The position numbers and the translations under genes were made by a program. Below, piece by piece: positions 26,577 to 35,686 of a stretch of 45,614 nucleotides of DNA (position 1 is the first letter of the stretch; each line of letters opens with the position of its first letter). This DNA is from an uncultured bacterium (GTDB taxonomy: Bacteria > Patescibacteriota > Minisyncoccia > UBA9983), in the NCBI GenBank assembly GCA_913009575.1, contig CAJVWH010000002.1, positions 1-45,614 of the forward strand, written 5' to 3'. The notes below the pieces were generated by a model, which saw only the letters and a program-made list of their open reading frames with translations, did not search any database and was not told the DNA's origin.

Positions 26577-27038
26577 TTATTCTACCACTTTTTGTTTTTC
26601 AATAAAACTTCGCAGGATGATGGCAGCTGCCGATGCGTCAATTTTTTTCATTTTCCCCTGCCATCCTTTTCTTTTTTTATTTGACAAAGAATAGCGCTCT
26701 TTGCCGATAACCGGCACCTCTTTCGCTTCATAAGTAGTCAATGTCTCCTCTTCATATTCCACAGCCAGACCGGTTTCTTTTTCCAAAAGTGTCTTGAAAG
26801 GTTCTATTTTTTTCATAACGGGATTAGGATAACCATGATAGTCAACTGACTTTCCAAGAATTATTTTTCCAACCTCATTCTCCTCACAAATTTTCTTAAT
26901 TTGTGCAAGGCTGAGCCTTGCACATTTTTGAGTGGGACAATTTTGAATCACGGAATGCGGAAAGGCAAACTTACCCCTTTCATCCGAAAGGGCAACTCCA
27001 ATCCTTTTTATCCCGTAATCAATGCCAAGCAGTCTCAT
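26577..27038 (-). CDS. ruvX: RuvX/YqgF family nuclease (pre-16S rRNA processing)
   Basis: LGIDYG.KRIGVALSD, EETLTT.EA, IDASAAAIIL. Confidence 0.93.
   Translation of the reverse strand: MRLLGIDYGIKRIGVALSDERGKFAFPHSVIQNCPTQKCARLSLAQIKKICEENEVGKIILGKSVDYHGYPNPVMKKIEPFKTLLEKETGLAVEYEEETLTTYEAKEVPVIGKERYSLSNKKRKGWQGKMKKIDASAAAIILRSFIEKQKVVE
26902..26924. repeat. Perfect palindrome inside ruvX
   Basis: TGTGCAAGGCT-G-AGCCTTGCACA, 11-bp arms. Confidence 0.9.
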
Positions 27039-27067
27039 AATAAATTCTGTTTCGCAACGAACTTGCC

Positions 27068-27832
27068 TTACTTCATGGTCAGCACTTCCGCACCTGATTT
27101 GGTGACAGCGACCGTATGCTCAAAATGAACTGAAAGAGAGCCGTCTTTTGTCTCCCAAGTCCAGCCGTCTCCGGATAAAATAATATCATCGCCCCCTTTG
27201 TTTATCATCGGCTCCAAGGCCAAAACCATTCCTTCTTTCAATCGCGGTCCGGTGCCCAGTTTCCCGTAATTTGGGATTTCCGGCTCTTCGTGCACTCCAT
27301 AGCCGACTCCGTGACCGACCAATTTTTTCACCACGCTGAAGCCTTGTAATTCGGCATACTGTTGAACTGCAAAACCGATATCGCCAATATGCGCGCCATC
27401 TTTGACGGCGCTTATGCCGGCATCCAAAGATTTTTTCGCCGCCTCAACGAGGCACCGGACTTCTTCGCTTACAGCGCCGACCGGAACCGTTATCGCCATA
27501 TCGGTATAAAGACCTTTGTGTCTCAAACCCAAGTCAAGGCCGGCGATATCGCCTTCTTTCAGAATTTTATCTTTGGACGGAATGCCGTGAACGATTTCGC
27601 TGTTTACGGAAACGCAAAGCGACGCCGGAAAAGGTTTATCGCCGCCTGTCTTGTAATTTTTGAATGACGGCTCGCCCCCGGCGCGTCTTATCAATTTTTC
27701 CGCCAAAGCGTCAAGTTCAATTGCCGTAATGCCTGGCTTTGCCGCTGCGGAAACCTCATTCAAAACCAAAGCGAGAATGTTGCCCCCTTCGCGCAAAATT
27801 TTTATTTCTTCTTTTGACTTAATTGTTATCAT
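27068..27832 (-). CDS. map: Methionine aminopeptidase type I
   Basis: CVSVN.EIVHGIP, D.G.....DMA.T, GHGVG..VHEEP, ALEPM, HFEHT. Confidence 0.97.
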   Translation of the reverse strand: MITIKSKEEIKILREGGNILALVLNEVSAAAKPGITAIELDALAEKLIRRAGGEPSFKNYKTGGDKPFPASLCVSVNSEIVHGIPSKDKILKEGDIAGLDLGLRHKGLYTDMAITVPVGAVSEEVRCLVEAAKKSLDAGISAVKDGAHIGDIGFAVQQYAELQGFSVVKKLVGHGVGYGVHEEPEIPNYGKLGTGPRLKEGMVLALEPMINKGGDDIILSGDGWTWETKDGSLSVHFEHTVAVTKSGAEVLTMK

Positions 27833-28424
27833 TAAAAATCTTCTGGATTATTTCTCTGTGCACTTCTCCTATTGCCTGCTCGCCGTTTATCGCGATTAAT
27901 TTATTCTTGCTTTCTTTTTCGTAATAGGCCACCACCGGCTGAACATACTTTTCAAAATACTTAAGTCGGTTTTTGATTCTTTCTTCCGTATCGTCAAATC
28001 TTCCTCTCGCTTTCAGTTTTTCCGCAGACCATTCATAGCTCACATCAAGTAAAACCGGAAAAATTTCGTCTCTTTTATAAAACTCAAGCGCCTCATCCAA
28101 AATTTTTGCCTCCAGTTCCGTTCGCGGAGAACCGTCAACAGCTAAATGTACATCCTTTTCCAACTTCTCAACTAATTCCTGAGACCAAGCCCAAATCGCC
28201 AAAAAATTCGGCTGTTTTCCTCCCAAAAGCATAATTTCTTTCGTTAATTTGGCAGTTAAATTTTTTTTATTTTCAATCAGTTCACGCATTTTTTTGCCGG
28301 CATAAACATGTAGAATCAACCTACTATCGTTTTTCTCCAAATATTCGCGTAATAATTTAATTTGCGTGCCCTTTCCGCATCCGGAGCGGCCGATAAAAAG
28401 AAAAGTTAACGGATTTTGTATCAT
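27819..28424 (-). CDS. adk: Adenylate kinase family nucleoside monophosphate kinase (short, no large LID)
   Basis: GRSGCGKGTQ P-loop, DGSPR, RGR.DD; position between secY and map. Confidence 0.85.
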   Translation of the reverse strand: MIQNPLTFLFIGRSGCGKGTQIKLLREYLEKNDSRLILHVYAGKKMRELIENKKNLTAKLTKEIMLLGGKQPNFLAIWAWSQELVEKLEKDVHLAVDGSPRTELEAKILDEALEFYKRDEIFPVLLDVSYEWSAEKLKARGRFDDTEERIKNRLKYFEKYVQPVVAYYEKESKNKLIAINGEQAIGEVHREIIQKIFNDNN

Positions 28425-28500
28425 ATAGATTGATTATAAGACATATCGTCACAAAAACAAAAGGGTGGTTTTCGCATTATGGCAAAAAAGTGGGGTAATT

Positions 28501-28525
28501 AAAAATATCCGCGGTTAACGGATAT
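28501..28525 (-). terminator. Putative terminator after secY
   Basis: ATATCCG-7 nt-CGGATAT followed by a T-run on the minus strand. Confidence 0.5.
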
Positions 28526-28590
28526 CAAAATTTTTATTTTTGGGATCTGATTTTTTTATTTTAACCAAGCAAAGCAAGTGAAATGTGGAC

Positions 28591-29865
28591 TTACTCGTAT
28601 TCTCTCATCACCACCTGGGATTCAATTTGTTTGATTGTCTCTAGAATCACAGAAACAGCAATTAAAAGAGCAGTTCCGCCGATTGCCAAAGACCTCATAC
28701 CTGTAACCACCTGCATCCCCAAAGGCAAAACGGCGATTGCTCCCAAAAAAAGCGCACCCACCAAAGTAATTCTGTTCAAAATCTTCCCGATATATTCGGC
28801 GGTTGGCCGGCCCGGTCTGATGCCCGGAACAAACGCTCCGCTTTTCTGTAAATTAGTGGAAATGGCCTCCGGATCAAAAGTAACGGCAGTGTAAAAATAT
28901 GTAAAGAGAAAAACAAGGATAAAATAAAACGAACCGTAAAGCCAAAGATTATTCATAAAAACTGAAAGAGCTTTTGATATCGCTTGAACAACTGAAGAAT
29001 TCACATTTGCCAAAACATTAGCAATCATTTGCGGAAACAAAAGGATGGAAAGGGCGAAAATAATGGGGATTACCCCGGCCTGATTAACCCTTAGGGGCAG
29101 ATGTGTTGAAACTCCGCCATACATCTTCATCCCTCTCACTTGTTTTGCATAAGAAACGGGAATAAGTCTTTCGGCCTCTGTTATTGCCACAACCCCGGCC
29201 ACAATTAAAACCGCAACTATGGTGAAAGCGAAATACAAGGGGATTTGAGAGGGCTCAAAAGTAAAAAGAAGATGTGTTATCGTGGTTGGCAAACTCGCCA
29301 CGATGCCGGCAAAAATTAAAAGAGAGATGCCATTGCCAATTCCATATTCTGAAATCAGCTCTCCCAGCCACATCAAAAGAACCGAGCCGGCGATAACAAT
29401 TACAATATTTGTAATTCGGTCAAAAATTCCTAAATTTATCAAAACATGCTGGCGTTCCAATAATACCAAAAGCCCAAATCCCTGTAATGCGGCCAAGGGA
29501 ACGGTGAAAAGCCGAGAATATTGGTTAAATTTTTGTCTGCCAGCTTCGCCTTCTTCATGGTAAAGCTCTTTCAGTTTCGGAAAAATCATCGTCAATAATT
29601 GCATTATAATGGTAGCCGTAATGTAAGGAGCCACACCAAGCATCATAATGGAAAGTTTGGATAATCCCCCGCCAGAAAAAATATTTAAAAAACCAAAAAA
29701 CTGGTTGCCGGCCAAAAATGACTGCAGGCGCAATTGGTCAATTCCGGGAATAGGGATATTTGCTCCCAATCGAAAAAGCGCAAGCATAAAAAGCACAAAG
29801 AGAATCTTTTTGCGTAAATCCGGGTCTTTAAAAACAAGTTTTAATCTTCTTAAAAAATTATTCAT
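28591..29865 (-). CDS. secY: Preprotein translocase subunit SecY
   Basis: LGVAPYITA.IIMQLL, WLGELISEYGIGNGISL, NQAGVIPIIFA, PGIRPG..T, GGTALLI. Confidence 0.98.
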   Translation of the reverse strand: MNNFLRRLKLVFKDPDLRKKILFVLFMLALFRLGANIPIPGIDQLRLQSFLAGNQFFGFLNIFSGGGLSKLSIMMLGVAPYITATIIMQLLTMIFPKLKELYHEEGEAGRQKFNQYSRLFTVPLAALQGFGLLVLLERQHVLINLGIFDRITNIVIVIAGSVLLMWLGELISEYGIGNGISLLIFAGIVASLPTTITHLLFTFEPSQIPLYFAFTIVAVLIVAGVVAITEAERLIPVSYAKQVRGMKMYGGVSTHLPLRVNQAGVIPIIFALSILLFPQMIANVLANVNSSVVQAISKALSVFMNNLWLYGSFYFILVFLFTYFYTAVTFDPEAISTNLQKSGAFVPGIRPGRPTAEYIGKILNRITLVGALFLGAIAVLPLGMQVVTGMRSLAIGGTALLIAVSVILETIKQIESQVVMREYE

Positions 29866-29867
29866 AC

Positions 29868-30302
29868 TTACTCAACTTTTCCCCCCGCTTTTTCTATTTT
29901 TCCTTTGGCAACAATGGAAACCTGACATTCGGACACTAAAAGTTTTTTAGTGATATTCCCGCTTGCTAAAAGTTTAACCGCAGGCATTCTTCCTTTTTTC
30001 TTTTCAATAACCTTTTTTTTCAAAAGGGTTGTCGGCGTAACTTTTTCATTGTCGCTAAATATTTTATCTAAAACAGCGAGATTAACCGGTTTCGCTTTTT
30101 CTCTGAAAGATTTAAAGCGGTATCCGCGTTTTTTTGGCAACTTCTTTATCGTATCCCTCATTTCCGGGCGCATTTTTCTGCCGGCGCGCGACTTCTGCCC
30201 CTTAATTCCGCGACCCGAATAAGTTCCGCGCTTGCCTCCTCGACCAATGCGTTTCTTCCCCTTCTTTTTAGTCTTCGGTTTTATATCATGAATTTGAACC
30301 AT
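29868..30302 (-). CDS. rplO: 50S ribosomal protein L15 (ATG 30302 preferred over GTG 30311)
   Basis: RIGRGGKRGTYSGRGIKGQKSRAG, LPKKRG, KIEKAGG. Confidence 0.95.
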   Translation of the reverse strand: MVQIHDIKPKTKKKGKKRIGRGGKRGTYSGRGIKGQKSRAGRKMRPEMRDTIKKLPKKRGYRFKSFREKAKPVNLAVLDKIFSDNEKVTPTTLLKKKVIEKKKGRMPAVKLLASGNITKKLLVSECQVSIVAKGKIEKAGGKVE

Positions 30303-30403
30303 AACTCTCACATCTTACCAATTTTAGCCCAAAAATGCAAATCCTGTATTATTCAAGTTTTTTGAATTTGTAGTGCCGAGTAAATAGAGGTAGAATAAAA
30401 TCA

Positions 30404-30982
30404 ATGATATCTCATTTGACCGGAAAAATATTGATGCGAGGAAATAAGTTTATAGCGCTTGATGTCAACGGAGTAGGATACAAAATTTTTGTGCTGCCGG
30501 ACACTCTTAAGGAAGCGCGCAAGAAACCTGAAGATTTCTCCTTGTGGACACACCTTCACGTGCGGGAGAACGCGTTGGAACTTTACGGATTTATGGAATA
30601 CGCCGAAGTGGAATTTTTTGAAATGCTCATCCAGATTTCGGGCATCGGACCAAAATCTGGGCTGGGTGTTTTGGCTGTCGCTCCCTTGGATACAATAAAG
30701 CGCGCGGTTTCAATCGGTGATACCTCTTATCTCACAAAAGTTTCCGGAATTGGCAGAAAAATCGCCGAGAAAATAGTTTTGGAGCTGAAGGAAAAAATGG
30801 GGGGGCTTGACCTTGGTGAAATTGGGAATGCCGCGCTTAAAGAGGATGGCGATGTTCTTGAGGCGCTGCAGTCCCTCGGATATTCATTGGGAGAGGCGCG
30901 CGAGGCGCTCAAAAAAGTGCCGGCGGAAATTGACGGCGCCAACGCCCGTATAAAAGAGGTGCTGAAAAACTTGGGTAAATAA
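30404..30982 (+). CDS. ruvA: Holliday junction branch migration protein RuvA
   Basis: DVNGVGY, HVRE..LELYGF, ISGIGPK, VSGIGRK.AEKIVLELK, ALQSLGY. Confidence 0.97.
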   Translation: MISHLTGKILMRGNKFIALDVNGVGYKIFVLPDTLKEARKKPEDFSLWTHLHVRENALELYGFMEYAEVEFFEMLIQISGIGPKSGLGVLAVAPLDTIKRAVSIGDTSYLTKVSGIGRKIAEKIVLELKEKMGGLDLGEIGNAALKEDGDVLEALQSLGYSLGEAREALKKVPAEIDGANARIKEVLKNLGK

Positions 30983-31032
30983 TTAAAGGCCGCGTTAAAA
31001 ACTCCAAACGACATCGTAAGTCGTTTGATACC

Positions 31033-32348
31033 ATGACAAAAATCAACTTGGAAACATTTTTGAGTTTTGGAAGGAAGGTTATTCCGAAAAAACTTTTTAG
31101 GATGGGGCAGCCGGTTTACCATTGGCTGTTGGCTTTTGCGGCCGCTTTGATTTATCGCTTCCCGTCGCGGAAAATATTCGTGCTTGGCATTACCGGCACC
31201 AAGGGAAAAACCAGCGTCATAGAAATCATCAGCGCCATTCTTGAGGAAGCCGGATACAAGACCGCCCTCGCCTCTTCCCTGCGCTTCAAAATCGGCAGGG
31301 AATCGGAAAAAAACGAGAAAAAGATGACCATGCCGGGCAGATTTTTCATGCAAAGATTCTTGCGCAAAGCGGTGAGGGGAAAATGCCAATACGCTATTTT
31401 GGAGCTCACTTCCGAGGGCGCCGCCCAAAGCCGTCACAGATTCGTCAATTTCAACGCGCTCATTTTCACCAATCTGGCGCCTGAGCACATTGAATCGCAC
31501 GGCTCTTTTGAAAAATACCGCGACGCCAAATTAAAGCTTTTTAAGTCGCTGGAAAATCCCCCAAAAAAGGAAAAATTATAATTGTGAACGAAGATGACCC
31601 CAACGCCGAACTCTTTTTAAATTTTAACGTTGAAGAAAAAATAAAATACGGACTGAAAGATGTTTCTTCCCGCAGTCTTACTGAAGACGGCATGGATTTT
31701 ATAATTGACAATGTTTCCATTCATTCAAAAGTCGCCGGCGAATTTAATTTATATAATATTCTTGCCGCGATTGTTTTTGCCAAATCGCAGGGAGTGGAAA
31801 TGGGAGCGATAAAATCCGCCATTGAAAAATTCAGAGGAGTTGAAGGAAGGGTGGAAAAAATAGACGAAGGCCAAGATTTTAAAGTGGTAGTTGATTACGC
31901 CCACACGCCGGATTCATTGGAGAAAGTTTATGAAACTTTTCGGGGTTCGCGGAAAATCTGCGTGCTCGGTTCGGCGGGCGGCGGGCGGGACAAATGGAAG
32001 CGGCTGGAAATGGGAAAAATTGCCTCTAAACATTGCGACAAAATTATTCTCACCAATGAAGACCCTTATGATGAAAATCCCCGCGCCATTGTGGAAGATG
32101 TCGCCAAGGGGATCGACCAGCCGATTTGTGAAACAATAATGGACAGGCGCGAGGCGATCGCAAAAGCCGTATCGCTCGCAAAAACCGGCGACACGGTCAT
32201 CATCACCGGCAAGGGCGCCGAGCCATGGATGATGGGTCCGAAGGGAACAAAAATAAAATGGGATGACCGCGAAGTAGCGCGAGGAGAGTTAAAAAATTTT
32301 AGAGAAAAAATAATCTCTACGAAATCTCATATTTTGTTGGAGCGATAA
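31033..32348 (+). CDS. murE: MurE-family Mur ligase split into two ORFs (31033-31581, 31584-32348) by a -1 frame change; recoded gene, pseudogene or assembly error
   Basis: First ORF: GITGTKGKTS, LELTS.G, FTNLAPEHIE.H. Second ORF: GEFN..N, GRVE, VDYAHTPDSL, GGGRDK.KR..MG, DRREAI, ITGKG.E. Confidence 0.85.
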
Positions 32349-32396
32349 GGGGAGTTGGGTATGAAACTAAAGGGAAAATATGATATTCTATAGATA

Positions 32397-33452
32397 ATGA
32401 AAGTGGAAATTATTGTTGGAGTTCCTTCGTATAACGAGGAAAAAAATATTTCTTTTGTGACAAGCCAAATTGACAAAGGGCTTGTTAAATATTTCCCGAA
32501 TAAAAAATGTGTTATCGTAAACGCCGATAATTTTTCAACCGACAACACTAAGAATAATTTTTTAACGACAAAAACAAAAACGCCGAAGCTTTACCTCTCC
32601 ACCCCGAAAGGAATCAAGGGAAAAGGAAACAATCTGCGAAATCTTTTCAGGCTGGCCATTAAGCTCAACGCCAAGGCGGTGATGACGGCCGACGCCGACC
32701 TTAAAAGCATCACTCCCGAATGGATGAAGGCGATGCTCAAACCTCTTTTGGATAAAAAGTTTGATTTTATTCTCCCCCTCTACGAACGCCATCCCTATGA
32801 CGCCACAATTACCAACCATATTTGCTACCCCTTAATTTACGGTCTCTTGGGAACGGATATTCGCCAGCCAATTGGCGGAGAATTCGCCTTTAATCAAAAA
32901 ATGATAAAATACTGGCTGGGCAAAAAATGGGACAGCCACATAAAAGACTTTGGGGTGGATATTTTTATGACTCTCAACGCCCTGTTTGGAAACTTTAAAA
33001 TTGGGCAGGTATTCTTGGGCGCGAAAATCCACCGCTCAAGCGGGCCGAAACTGGACAATATGTTCAAGCAAGTTGTTCTAAGCGCGTTCAAAATAATTTG
33101 GGAAAATAAAAACAAGTGGCGCAGAAAAATAAACAAGGTTAAAACAATTCCGACAGTTTCCAAAACGAAACCGCGCAAAAAGAAAATTCCTCCGCCTTCC
33201 GGACTTGAAAAAATAATGCGCAGAAAAAATTTTATAGGAGCCGAACAATGGATGGAAATTCTTTACGGCTTGCTGGCCGAGTACGGCGAAACAAAATCAG
33301 CCACCAAAATAATCGCCAAACTTGAACCGTTATATCTTGACCGCGCCGCCTCTTTCATAAAGGAAACAAAAAAACTGCGACTCAAAGGGGCGGATGAATT
33401 GATAAAAAAACAAGCGAAAATTTTTTTCAAAAAAAGAGATAAAATGATATGA
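32397..33452 (+). CDS. GT-A fold glycosyltransferase, glucosylglycerate/mannosylglycerate synthase-like
   Basis: GVPSYNE, DN.S.D.T, GKG, DADL.SITPEW, P.Y.RH.YD.TITN...YPL, IRQPIGGEF, FGVDI..T. Confidence 0.75.
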   Translation: MKVEIIVGVPSYNEEKNISFVTSQIDKGLVKYFPNKKCVIVNADNFSTDNTKNNFLTTKTKTPKLYLSTPKGIKGKGNNLRNLFRLAIKLNAKAVMTADADLKSITPEWMKAMLKPLLDKKFDFILPLYERHPYDATITNHICYPLIYGLLGTDIRQPIGGEFAFNQKMIKYWLGKKWDSHIKDFGVDIFMTLNALFGNFKIGQVFLGAKIHRSSGPKLDNMFKQVVLSAFKIIWENKNKWRRKINKVKTIPTVSKTKPRKKKIPPPSGLEKIMRRKNFIGAEQWMEILYGLLAEYGETKSATKIIAKLEPLYLDRAASFIKETKKLRLKGADELIKKQAKIFFKKRDKMI

Positions 33453-34627
33453 AATCAAAATTTATAATCTGCCACTACGACGAGATTGGGCTTAAGGGGA
33501 AAAACCGAAAATTTTTTGAGGAAAAATTACGCGACAACATAAGACAAAACTTAAAAAAGATTATGTCTGATAAGGTTGAAGGCTTTGAATATATCAAAAG
33601 AATCTCCGGGAGGATTATCGTCAAACTGACGGAAGACGGAGAAAAAAAAGAGGAAGAAATCAGCCGCGCCCTGCAGAATGTTTTCGGCATCGCTTACTTC
33701 GCTTTTGCCGTTAGCTGCGGGCAAAAAATGAATGAGATAAAAAAAACGGCGTTGGAAATTTTATCCGAGAAAAAATTCAAGACATTCAGAATTTCTTGCC
33801 AGCGCTCAAAAAAAGAATTTCCGCTGACTTCGCAAGAAATAAATGAGCAAGTGGGAGCGCATATAGTTGAAAGACTGAACGGCAAAGTGAAACTGGAAAA
33901 CCCTAATGTTGATTGCTTTATTGAAATAGTGGACAGTTTTACTTTTCTTTATCTTGAAAAAATCAGGGGCGCGGGCGGATTGCCGAGCGGAACAAGCGGA
34001 AAAGTCATTGTCCTGCTCTCCGGAGGAATTGATTCACCGGTATCAACTTATTACATTTTAAAAAGAGGCGCGACAGCGATTTTTTTGCATTTCCATTCAC
34101 TTCCATATACTTCACCAGCCTCCCTGGATAAAACAAAAGAGCTTGCCACGGCGCTCAATAAATTTCAATTAAACTCAAAACTTTACCTCGTCCCCTTCAT
34201 TGAAATTCAAAAACAAATTATGACAAAAGCTCCCGCCAAAATGAGAGTTATCCTCTATCGGAGATTTATGATGAGGATTGCGGAAAAAATTTCAAAAAAA
34301 GAAGGTGCGCTTGCCATAGTCACTGGCGAATCATTGGGACAAGTGGCGTCCCAAACCATGGAAAATATGGCCGCCATTGAGGAATGCGTAAAAATCCCAA
34401 TTTTAAGGCCTCTCATCGGCTTTGATAAAAAAGAAATTATCGTAAAGGCGGAGGAAATAGAAACTTACGAAATTTCAATTCTCCCGCATGAAGATTGTTG
34501 TTCGCTCTTTGTGCCCAAACACCCAGAAACCAAAGCAAAAATTCAAGAAGTAATAAAAGCGGAAAAAGATTTGGATATAAAAAAACTGGTGGAGGAGGCG
34601 GTAAAAACTTTGGCTATTTCGGAGTAG
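33449..34627 (+). CDS. thiI: tRNA 4-thiouridine synthase ThiI (THUMP plus PP-loop, no rhodanese domain)
   Basis: EIGLKGKNR..FE, GGLP.GT.GK, LLSGGIDSPV, TGESLGQVASQT, RPLIG.DK.EI, EDCC. Confidence 0.95.
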   Translation: MKSKFIICHYDEIGLKGKNRKFFEEKLRDNIRQNLKKIMSDKVEGFEYIKRISGRIIVKLTEDGEKKEEEISRALQNVFGIAYFAFAVSCGQKMNEIKKTALEILSEKKFKTFRISCQRSKKEFPLTSQEINEQVGAHIVERLNGKVKLENPNVDCFIEIVDSFTFLYLEKIRGAGGLPSGTSGKVIVLLSGGIDSPVSTYYILKRGATAIFLHFHSLPYTSPASLDKTKELATALNKFQLNSKLYLVPFIEIQKQIMTKAPAKMRVILYRRFMMRIAEKISKKEGALAIVTGESLGQVASQTMENMAAIEECVKIPILRPLIGFDKKEIIVKAEEIETYEISILPHEDCCSLFVPKHPETKAKIQEVIKAEKDLDIKKLVEEAVKTLAISE

Positions 34628-34689
34628 GCAGAATCGAACTGCCGCTACGGACTCCCGAAGCCCGCGTACTGCCGCTATACTATACTCCG
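34619..34689 (-). tRNA. tRNA-Pro(CGG)
   Basis: Acceptor CGGAGTA/TACTCCG, anticodon arm CGGGC-TT-CGG-GA-GTCCG, T-arm GGCAG-TTCGATT-CTGCC; no CCA. Confidence 0.93.
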
Positions 34690-34702
34690 GCAATTTTTAT
34701 CC

Positions 34703-35215
34703 TTATGGATAAATTTCCAATCGACTTTTTAATTTTTTTTTGCCGCTTTTTATTATAACCGATTTTGCTGATTTATAAAGAACAAACGCGACAATCGCGG
34801 CAATAACCATACTCCCCAAAACATCAATCGGATGGTGAACGCCGACATATATTCTTGATACTCCAACCATGGCTGTAATAAACCATAGTAAAACGCTCAA
34901 CCTCTTATTAAATGGGTAAATTACGGCGGAAACGGCGGCGCTTATTAATGTATGGTCCGAAGGGAAACCATTGTCCCCTTTGTGGGATATAAGCGGAGCG
35001 AAATGGCTTTGTATAAATGGCCGCGGGTCGTAATAAAATAAACTTATGAGTTTTGCCGTTATGTATATGGTCGGCAGGGCGAATAACCCAAAAATTAAAA
35101 TTTCTTTTTTCTTATCTTTCGGCTGTTTCAAGAACCAGAAAAAAGCGAGCGCCAAAACAAGCAGATAAAAATATTTCGCCCCAAAAATAAAAAAGTAGTC
35201 CATAAAATTCCGCAT
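34703..35215 (-). CDS. PAP2-family phosphatase (BcrC-like undecaprenyl-diphosphatase); start revised to avoid the tRNA
   Basis: K......PRP, FPSDH, SRIYVGVHHP.DV. Confidence 0.88.
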   Translation of the reverse strand: MRNFMDYFFIFGAKYFYLLVLALAFFWFLKQPKDKKKEILIFGLFALPTIYITAKLISLFYYDPRPFIQSHFAPLISHKGDNGFPSDHTLISAAVSAVIYPFNKRLSVLLWFITAMVGVSRIYVGVHHPIDVLGSMVIAAIVAFVLYKSAKSVIIKSGKKKLKSRLEIYP

Positions 35216-35227
35216 AAATTTAAATAG

Positions 35228-35298
35228 TCGGGATACCCAGACTCGAACTGGGACTAAATCCTCCCAAAGGATTCGTGCTACCATTACACTATATCCCG
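35228..35298 (-). tRNA. tRNA-Pro(TGG)
   Basis: Acceptor CGGGATA/TATCCCG, anticodon arm AATCC-TT-TGG-GA-GGATT, T-loop TTCGAGT; no CCA. Confidence 0.94.
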
Positions 35299-35300
35299 AT

Positions 35301-35672
35301 TTATAAAATTACATTCTCCGTGATTCTTATTTTAGCTTTTCTAGTTTTAAAATCAAGGAAAACCGCCATTACATCCAATTGCCACTCTGTTTCATCGGAA
35401 ACTTTATTTTCCAAAAGATATGTTTGAATCGCCCTCCCCAATCTTTTTAATTTCCACGAATGCACATTTTCTTCGGGCAAATATCCCGTTTCATGAGAAA
35501 CGGCCTTTACTTCAATAAAATGTATTTTTTGAGCTTTCTTGGAAACAATATCAATTTCTCCCCATTTCTTGCGATAATTCCTATCCAAAATTTCATATTC
35601 CTGTTTCACTAGAAACTTACACGCAACACCTTCGCCAATTTGCCCGATTTTCTGTTTTTGTGTTTGAGGCAT
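35301..35672 (-). CDS. YraN/UPF0102 family putative nuclease
   Basis: G..GE..A..FL, RNYR.KWGEIDIV, FIEVK. Confidence 0.92.
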   Translation of the reverse strand: MPQTQKQKIGQIGEGVACKFLVKQEYEILDRNYRKKWGEIDIVSKKAQKIHFIEVKAVSHETGYLPEENVHSWKLKRLGRAIQTYLLENKVSDETEWQLDVMAVFLDFKTRKAKIRITENVIL

Positions 35673-35686
35673 AAATTATCTTTTAG

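Noticed and set aside
35216-35284. N-terminal extension of the PAP2 ORF (track start 35284) and ORFs 34475-34693, 34495-34758
   Set aside because: They run through tRNA-Pro genes.
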